Assembly (NCBI GenBank): GCA_042408445.1
Contig: JBHORC010000024.1
Coordinates: 44,092-108,091, forward strand
Source of the DNA: Chloroflexota bacterium
Lineage (GTDB): Bacteria; Chloroflexota; Limnocylindria; Limnocylindrales; CSP1-4
Length of the DNA: 64,000 nucleotides
Reading direction: 5' to 3'
Part shown: positions 58,273 through 64,000 of the stretch, one piece after another
How the letters are laid out: every line of letters starts with the position of its first letter
Position numbering within the stretch: position 1 is the first letter of the stretch
The notes under the pieces: model-generated
What the model was told of the DNA's origin: nothing
The model's input: the letters and a program-made list of their open reading frames with translations, nothing else
Database searches by the model: none
Position numbers and translations under genes: made by a program

Positions 58273-59111
58273 CCGACCCGCTTCAGCTTTCCGGTCCGCT
58301 TCGCGTAGCGCTCGGCGCGACCGAACGCCCACAGCCCGAACGGGATGAGGAACGCGCCCATCACGAGGAGCGGCCACACGTCGCCGAGGAGCGCCGTGAC
58401 CGGCGCACCGTCGATGAGGCCCTTCCGGACCCCGTCGAGGACGTAGGTCGCCGGCGACAGGTGCGACAGGACCTGCATCCAGCCCGGCAGGACATCCACC
58501 GAGTAGTAGACGCCGCTCACGAGGAGCAGGCACGACTGCAGGACGAACGTCATCTGGGCGCCGCGCTCGACGTACAGGAGCGGCAGGATCGCCGCGATCA
58601 TCCCGATCCCGACGAAGCTGAACGACCCGAGGGCCATGAAGACGACGACGGTCACCGGGTTCGCGCCGGTCACGTCGAGCTGCGGAAAGAACAGCACGAG
58701 CACGACGAGGATCGCCAGCGTGTGGATCAGCCCGTACACCATCGCGTACAGGACCGACCCGAGCAGGTGCGACGAGCGCCGGATCGGCGCCATCATCGTG
58801 TACTCGAGCGTGCCCTCCCAGCGCTCGACCGCGATCGTCTCCGCGATCCAGCTGAAGACCACCGAGAGGTAGTTCCAGAAGATCGCGCCGACCATCAGGA
58901 GGAGGATCAGGCGGGGACTGCCCTGGTCGGCACCGATCAGCGAGATGCTGAGGGCGCCGGCCACCGAATAGATGAGGAACGCGATCTCCCAGCCCCAGTA
59001 GCGCCGGGTCAGGAAGAAGTTGCGCTCCATGAAGGCGTACGACGCCTTGAGCTCATGGGCGAGGGTGGTCATCGGAGTGCTCCGGGGGAGGGAGCCGGCT
59101 CGGTCGCTCAT
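58269..59111 (-). CDS. ABC-2 type exporter permease
   Basis: Six hydrophobic segments. ABC-2 family pattern. ATGA overlap with upstream small ORF. Confidence 0.7.
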   Translation of the reverse strand: MSDRAGSLPRSTPMTTLAHELKASYAFMERNFFLTRRYWGWEIAFLIYSVAGALSISLIGADQGSPRLILLLMVGAIFWNYLSVVFSWIAETIAVERWEGTLEYTMMAPIRRSSHLLGSVLYAMVYGLIHTLAILVVLVLFFPQLDVTGANPVTVVVFMALGSFSFVGIGMIAAILPLLYVERGAQMTFVLQSCLLLVSGVYYSVDVLPGWMQVLSHLSPATYVLDGVRKGLIDGAPVTALLGDVWPLLVMGAFLIPFGLWAFGRAERYAKRTGKLKRVG

Positions 59112-59311
59112 CGCGTCCGAGCCAGCTCGTAGATGGACTCGTGGTTGGACTCGCCGGCCAGGCGCGTTCCGAAGCGGGCGATCGACGTGCCCAGGGCACG
59201 CCGGATCGACGGCGTCGGACGGGCGAAGCGACGGTCGTTCTCGGCCTGTCGGATCTGATCCGCGCGCAGGGCGTTGATCAGCCGCAGCCGATCGGTCGCG
59301 AAGCTCTGCAT
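59108..59311 (-). CDS. Small hypothetical protein (67 aa) encoded between ABC ATPase and permease genes
   Basis: Near-consensus SD AAAGGAGGTGA 6 nt before ATG (MQSFATDRLRLINALRADQIRQAEN...). Translationally coupled to the permease. Confidence 0.35.
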   Translation of the reverse strand: MQSFATDRLRLINALRADQIRQAENDRRFARPTPSIRRALGTSIARFGTRLAGESNHESIYELARTR

Positions 59312-59342
59312 CTTGCTGTCACCTCCTTTCATTGAATGTCGG

Positions 59343-60242
59343 TCAGTCATCGTGGTCGTCATCGGATTCGTCCTCCTCCACGTCCTCGTCGAGCGAACGT
59401 CCGGTATGGGTCATGAACACGTCGTGGAGCGTTGCCGGCTTGCCGGTGCGAGCGGCTTCGGCGGCGATCAGGCCGGCCGGCGTGTCCTCCACCACGACCC
59501 GGCCACCGGCCAGGACGAGGATCGAGTCACAGAGCCGCTCGGCCTCGTCGAGGTCGTGCGTCGTGAGGACGATCGAGGCGTCGTGCGTCTCCCGTAGCTC
59601 CTCGATGAAGGTCTGGACGTCCAGCTTCGATCGCGGATCGAGGCCCGTCGTCGGCTCGTCGAGGAGCAGGAGGGACGGGCTCGTCAGCAGCGCCCGCGCG
59701 ATCGCGACCTTCTGCTGCATGCCCCGGCTCATCTGCACGATCGGCCGGCCGACGCGCTTCTCGCCGATGCCGAGGCGGCCGAGGATCTCGATCGCATCCC
59801 GCCGGGCAACCGCCGCATCGAGCCCGTAGAGACGGGCTGCGAAGAGGAGGTTCTCCATCGGGCTGAGCTTCTTGAAGAACGCGGCGTCCACGCTGACCCG
59901 GTTGATCAGGCGCTTGACCTGCATCTCGTCGCGCTCGATGTCGTGCCCGAAGACGGAGACCCGGCCCTGGTCGAGGGTCAGGAGACCCGAGACGAGGCGG
60001 ATCAGCGTCGACTTGCCGGAGCCGTTGGCGCCGAGGATCCCGACGATGTCGCCCCGCTCGAGGCGAAGCGACACGTCCTGGATCGCGACGACGGGCTTGC
60101 GCTTCCGTCCGACGACGAACCGCTTCGTGACGCCCTCCACGAGGAGCGCCGGCACGGTGGTGTCGATGGTGAGGTCACCGTCGACGGAGCCGTCGAAGCG
60201 TCGGCGAGCGATCTTCTGTTGTCCGAGAACGGTGGCGGTCAC
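59343..60242 (-). CDS. ABC transporter ATP-binding protein
   Basis: Walker A GANGSGKST, signature MSRGMQQK, Walker B LLLLDEPTTGLD, H-loop TTHD. Start refined to GTG approx. 60242. Confidence 0.85.
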   Translation of the reverse strand: MTATVLGQQKIARRRFDGSVDGDLTIDTTVPALLVEGVTKRFVVGRKRKPVVAIQDVSLRLERGDIVGILGANGSGKSTLIRLVSGLLTLDQGRVSVFGHDIERDEMQVKRLINRVSVDAAFFKKLSPMENLLFAARLYGLDAAVARRDAIEILGRLGIGEKRVGRPIVQMSRGMQQKVAIARALLTSPSLLLLDEPTTGLDPRSKLDVQTFIEELRETHDASIVLTTHDLDEAERLCDSILVLAGGRVVVEDTPAGLIAAEAARTGKPATLHDVFMTHTGRSLDEDVEEDESDDDHDD

Positions 60243-60402
60243 TGGTGGGCTCCTGGTTGCTGGTGAGGTGTGGCGGTCGAAACCGCGGATTCGAGTGGGG
60301 GTGGGGTCCGGGGCGGGAATCAAACGAGCCGCGGACCTGATCGATGCGGGCGGTGCATCGGGTGGGCTCGCGGCTCGGGTGACGCCTCCGGTCGAGGCAT
60401 CA

Positions 60403-60433
60403 AAAAAGCCGGGGGCCCATCTGGCCCACGGCT
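60403..60433 (-). terminator. Rho-independent terminator on the minus strand (10-bp GC stem, 5-nt loop, T6)
   Basis: Minus strand reads GCCGTGGGCC-agatg-GGCCCCCGGC-TTTTTT. A T6 run is very rare in this genome. Lies between the GNAT gene and the ABC operon. Confidence 0.55.
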
Positions 60434-60695
60434 CGTGGTTCGCACTTCCGGCGGTTCGACCGCCTCAGGCTAGCTCGAGATGGGCACAGTCCTCCCGCCG
60501 CTGTCGGCGCCATCGGGCGCGGCCGTCGGGCGGAAGCGGAGGAACGTCATGCTGTTCATTCGGCGTGCCTCCCTGGGCTGCGCAAGTCGAGTGGCGGGCG
60601 GTCGCCGCGCCGGCCGGGAGTCTACGCGCGCCGGCGCGCCGCGGTCAACCCCGTCGAATGACGGTGTCGCCGGCGCGACAGATGACGTAGGCATG

Positions 60696-61322
60696 TCAGA
60701 TCGGGCGGCGGACAATGACGCGATGGACGGTCGACTGCGGCGAGTCGATGTCGTGGACGACCTCGAATCCTGCGGCGACGAACGTGGACAGGAGGCCCGT
60801 GTAGCCGACGCCCGGAGCGATCCGGCCCTCGCCCGGATCCACCGGATATGCCTCCAGCATCGTCGCCCCGTGGGCGGAGGCGTAGTCGCTCGCGGCGTCG
60901 AGGAGATGCTTCGTCACGCCGCGGCGACGGACGGACTTCGACACGACGAAGCAGACCACCGACCAGACGGGTGTTTCGTCGACCTTCGGTCGGACGCGCG
61001 AGTTCGCGAGCCGCGGGTAGTCCTCCCGTGGGCCAACGCTGACCCAGCCCACGGCGCGGCCATCCTCGTACGCGAGGAGGCCCGGGGCAGGATCCGGCTG
61101 CGAGTCGACCAGGTCCTGGAACCCCTCGCGAACCTCCGCGGTGTTCGAGAACGACCAGTCCTTCGAGCGGACACGCCAGAACATGCACCAGCAGGTCTTC
61201 GGGTCGCCTCCCTCGCCGAACAGTGCTGCGACGTCCGGCCAGCGATCCGGCGTGAGCGGGTGGATCTCCACTTGATGTTCCTCACCGCGCGGCGTCGAGG
61301 CGTTCGGCTGCCACTGCAGCAC
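60696..61322 (-). CDS. GNAT-family N-acetyltransferase
   Basis: Acetyl-CoA motif VRRRGVTKHLL, approx. 200 aa. Confidence 0.7.
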   Translation of the reverse strand: MLQWQPNASTPRGEEHQVEIHPLTPDRWPDVAALFGEGGDPKTCWCMFWRVRSKDWSFSNTAEVREGFQDLVDSQPDPAPGLLAYEDGRAVGWVSVGPREDYPRLANSRVRPKVDETPVWSVVCFVVSKSVRRRGVTKHLLDAASDYASAHGATMLEAYPVDPGEGRIAPGVGYTGLLSTFVAAGFEVVHDIDSPQSTVHRVIVRRPI

Positions 61323-61372
61323 CAGGGTCGATCGTAGCGGGCGATCTGTCAGGGCCTGTCATCATCGGAGGC

Positions 61373-62302
61373 GTGAACGACGACCGCCTGGCCTGGCTCC
61401 GCGAGGCGATGTCCCCGCCCCGTCGCTCGATCGTCGAGCTGATCCAGGGCCGGGTCCTGGACACGGAACTGGCCGCCCTGGCGTGGATCCTCGTCGAGGC
61501 ACGGCTGCCGCTGGTCGTCGGCGGGATGGCCCGGGGAGCGGGCAAGACGACCCTCCTGGAAGCGCTCCTCGACTTCCTCCCGGGCACCGTGCGGCGCCTC
61601 GAGCTGCGGGGCGTCGACGAGGACTTCGCGTGGCTGCCCGAGGCGCGATCCCTCGGCTGGAGCGACGAGGCGCCGCTCCTTGCCGGCGCCAGCCGGGCCG
61701 ATGTCGGCGATCCGCCGCGGGCGACCGGCGTCTCACCGGCAACGGCCTATCTCGTCGCGCCCGAGCTCTCCAGCCACATGCCGCTCTACACGGATGGGAT
61801 CGCAGCCCGGACCCTCGTTCGTGCCGCCTCGATCGGCTATGGCATCGCGACAACGATCCACGCCGATCGCCTGGAGGACGTCCACTCGGAGCTCCTCGAG
61901 CGACGCATCGGATTGACCGAGGACGAGCTGACGTACCTGGGACTCGTCCTGATCGTCCGACCCGAGCGCGGACCTGATGGGCACATCCGGCGGCGGGTCG
62001 TCGCCGCCCACTACGCCCGGCCGCTGGGCCGTGACGAGCACGGCCACACGCAGCGGCTCCCGCCGGCCGTCCTGGCGGTCCGGGACGAGGCTGCGGACCG
62101 TCTCGATCATTTCGCGTGGGGGGTGATGCCGGAGATCGCGGTCCGGCTCGGGCGGAAGGCCGGCGACCTGGAGCAGGATCAGGCGGACCGGGCGGCATTT
62201 CTCGGGAGCCTCGTCGCGGCTGACGTCGTCGATGTCGGGAGCGTTCGAGCCGCGATCGCGGACTGGCGCCGGTCGGGCAGCGTTCGGCCCGGCATCCACT
62301 GA
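61373..62302 (+). CDS. Uncharacterised P-loop NTPase-like protein (resembles an isolated RecA-like core of T2SS/T4SS ATPases; possibly degenerate)
   Basis: Walker A-like GGMARGAGKTTLLEALL near N-terminus. No clear Walker B. Confidence 0.4.
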   Translation: MNDDRLAWLREAMSPPRRSIVELIQGRVLDTELAALAWILVEARLPLVVGGMARGAGKTTLLEALLDFLPGTVRRLELRGVDEDFAWLPEARSLGWSDEAPLLAGASRADVGDPPRATGVSPATAYLVAPELSSHMPLYTDGIAARTLVRAASIGYGIATTIHADRLEDVHSELLERRIGLTEDELTYLGLVLIVRPERGPDGHIRRRVVAAHYARPLGRDEHGHTQRLPPAVLAVRDEAADRLDHFAWGVMPEIAVRLGRKAGDLEQDQADRAAFLGSLVAADVVDVGSVRAAIADWRRSGSVRPGIH

Positions 62303-62349
62303 GCGCGGCTCCTCGACGCCCTGCCGTGGCGGTGCCAAGATCGTCCCCG

Positions 62350-64000
62350 ATGGGACTACCGACCGGCCCGACCGTCACGTTCCTGTTCACCGACATCGAA
62401 GGCTCGACGCGGCTCGAGCGCACCGTCGGAGCCGACGCCTGGGCCGCAGCCGTTGCCCGGCACGACGCCCTCCTCCGCGCCGCCGTGGAGTCGCACGGAG
62501 GCGTGGTCGTCAAGACCGAGGGCGACGCGTTCTTCGCCTCGTTCGGCGATCCGGTTGCCGCACTGGCCGCCGCCGTCGACGGACAGCGACGGCTCGCCGC
62601 GACGCCATGGCCCGTCGAGCCACTCCGGGTCCGGATGGGGCTGCACCTCGGCGAGGGACGACTCCGCGACGGGCTCGCGCCGGACGAGCCGGGGGACTAT
62701 GTCGGCATCGCGGTGAACTACGCCGCTCGGATCGCGGCGGCCGGGAATGGCGGACAGATCGTCCTGTCCGACGCGCTGGCGATCGCGGCGGGTCCGGGAC
62801 TCACGCGGGACCCCGACCTCGCCGACGTCCGCCTCGTCGACGAAGGGCTCCGGGCCGTCAAGGACTTCGAGGATCCAGCCCGGCTCCACCGCCTCGTCGT
62901 TCCCGGCGCGGCTGACGACGAGCGCCGGCTGCGGACGCTGGACGCGCCGACCAACCTCCCCGGCGATGTGACTTCGCTCGTCGGTCGGGAGGCAGAGGTC
63001 CGGTTCGTCAGCGACGCGCTGCTCACGAGCCGGATCGTCACGCTGACCGGCCCCGGCGGAAGCGGCAAGACGCGCCTGGCGCTCGCGGCCGCGCGGTCGG
63101 TTGCGGGTCGCTACCCACATGGCGTCTGGTTCGTCGACCTTGCGGCCGTGCACGACCCGGCCGTCGTCGAATCGGCGATCGCGACGACGATCGGGGTCCA
63201 CGAGTCGACGGAGTCCGTCATCGGCGACATGCTCCGGGCCCGGCTCCGCGACCAGACGACGCTGCTCCTCCTCGACAACCTCGAGCAGCTCCTGCCGACC
63301 GCGGCCGAGATCGTCTCATCGCTCGTGCGAGCGGCACCGAGCCTCCGGATCCTCGCGACGAGCCGGGAGCTGCTTCGGATCGGCGGCGAGCAGGGCTATC
63401 CCGTTCCGCCCCTCGACGCGGCGGCCGGCGTCGAGCTCTTCGAGGACCGGGCCCGGATGCACAGGCCGGGAGTCGTGTTCGGTCCCGAGGCGAACGCCGC
63501 GATCCGGTCGATCTCCGAGCGTCTCGGCGGGCTGCCGCTGGCCATCGAGCTTGCGGCTGCCCGGGTCCGGATCCTCAGCCCCGTCGAGATCCTGGACCGG
63601 CTCGGTCGGACGCTCGACCTGTCGGCGGGAACGCGCGACCTTCCGGAGCGCCAGCGGACGCTCCGGGCCGCCATCGCCTGGAGCCACGACCTGCTCGACG
63701 ACGCGGAACGGCGGCTGTTCCGGCGGATCGCGGTCTTTGCCGGCGGTTGCACGATCGACGAGGCCGGAGCGGTGCTGGACGTGGATGGCGACCTGGGGGT
63801 CGATCCCGCCGACGGCCTCGAGTCCCTCGCCGACAAGAGCCTGCTCGTCATCGAGCAGCTCGAGATCGACGCCCAGGTCGGGCTTCACGAGACCCGCTTC
63901 CGGCTTCACCCGTTGATCCGCGAGTTCGCCCTCGAGCGCCTCGACGACAGCGGCGAGCGGGCCGTCATCGAGGCTCGCCACGCCGCCGTGATCACGGACC
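62350..64000 (+). CDS. Class III adenylate/guanylate cyclase fused to NB-ARC STAND NTPase (3' partial, continues beyond window)
   Basis: VTFLFTDIEGSTRL and GIAVNYAARI cyclase motifs. P-loop TLTGPGGSGKTRLAL, LLLLDNLEQLL. Paralogous to 24121..26538. Confidence 0.8.
   Translation, partial: MGLPTGPTVTFLFTDIEGSTRLERTVGADAWAAAVARHDALLRAAVESHGGVVVKTEGDAFFASFGDPVAALAAAVDGQRRLAATPWPVEPLRVRMGLHLGEGRLRDGLAPDEPGDYVGIAVNYAARIAAAGNGGQIVLSDALAIAAGPGLTRDPDLADVRLVDEGLRAVKDFEDPARLHRLVVPGAADDERRLRTLDAPTNLPGDVTSLVGREAEVRFVSDALLTSRIVTLTGPGGSGKTRLALAAARSVAGRYPHGVWFVDLAAVHDPAVVESAIATTIGVHESTESVIGDMLRARLRDQTTLLLLDNLEQLLPTAAEIVSSLVRAAPSLRILATSRELLRIGGEQGYPVPPLDAAAGVELFEDRARMHRPGVVFGPEANAAIRSISERLGGLPLAIELAAARVRILSPVEILDRLGRTLDLSAGTRDLPERQRTLRAAIAWSHDLLDDAERRLFRRIAVFAGGCTIDEAGAVLDVDGDLGVDPADGLESLADKSLLVIEQLEIDAQVGLHETRFRLHPLIREFALERLDDSGERAVIEARHAAVITD

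Noticed and set aside
60617-60634. Perfect 14-bp GC palindrome GCGCGCCGGCGCGC downstream of the GNAT gene
   Set aside because: It has no loop and sits in a very GC-rich context. Such GC-only palindromes are expected by chance and are not convincing as a regulatory element.

Overview
This is a very GC-rich window, with gene content that looks actinobacterial. It is almost fully coding, with many overlapping start/stop junctions that suggest long operons. No rRNA, tRNA, CRISPR, transposase or integrase was recognised.

Gene content from left to right:
- 1-4.4 kb: the 3' end of carB, a HAD hydrolase, and a copC-copD-like pair.
- 4.7-5.8 kb: an ArsR-family regulator with a long N-terminal domain, flanked by two copies of an AT-rich 18-bp palindrome.
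- 6-9 kb: a pair of M16 zinc peptidases.
- 9-11 kb and 15.6-17.5 kb: two ECF sigma / anti-sigma pairs. The first sits next to a secreted acidic His-rich repeat protein; the second has a TolB-like anti-sigma.
- 11.9-18.9 kb: an SRAP peptidase, a rhomboid protease, a nitroreductase, a MetE-like protein and a class III aminotransferase.
- 19.1-30.1 kb: a form II carbon monoxide dehydrogenase cluster (coxS-L-M, with the AYRGAGR motif). It is followed by a molybdopterin-binding protein, a STAND/TPR NTPase, and coxD (MoxR ATPase), coxE (VWA) and an xdhC/coxF-family gene.
- 30.3-44.5 kb: a tightly packed 13-gene island for ADP-heptose synthesis and use. It has gmhA (fused to an MshA-like GT4 glycosyltransferase), gmhB and bifunctional hldE. 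It also has three GT9 heptosyltransferases, a GT4, a GT2, a GT2-GT-B dual glycosyltransferase, an SDR, a methyltransferase, a MobA-like nucleotidyltransferase and a small Ser/Gly/Arg-rich protein. No lipid A or Kdo genes are present.
- 44.5-46.7 kb: OsmC, an ArsR-AHSA1 fusion regulator, a 540-bp structured non-coding region (three palindromes at exact 72-bp spacing plus a tandem repeat), and a VOC protein.
- 47.1-52.5 kb: a form I CO dehydrogenase cluster (coxM-S-L, with the AYRCSFR motif), an XdhC-YHS fusion accessory protein and coxG.
- 52.6-64 kb: a triple-PAS histidine kinase, an MBL hydrolase, a secreted protein, an MshD-like tandem GNAT, rsgA, an ABC-2 exporter, a GNAT, a degenerate P-loop protein and a partial adenylate-cyclase-STAND gene.

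The most interesting candidate is the heptose glycosylation island. It sits between the two CODH halves in what appears to be an LPS-less organism.
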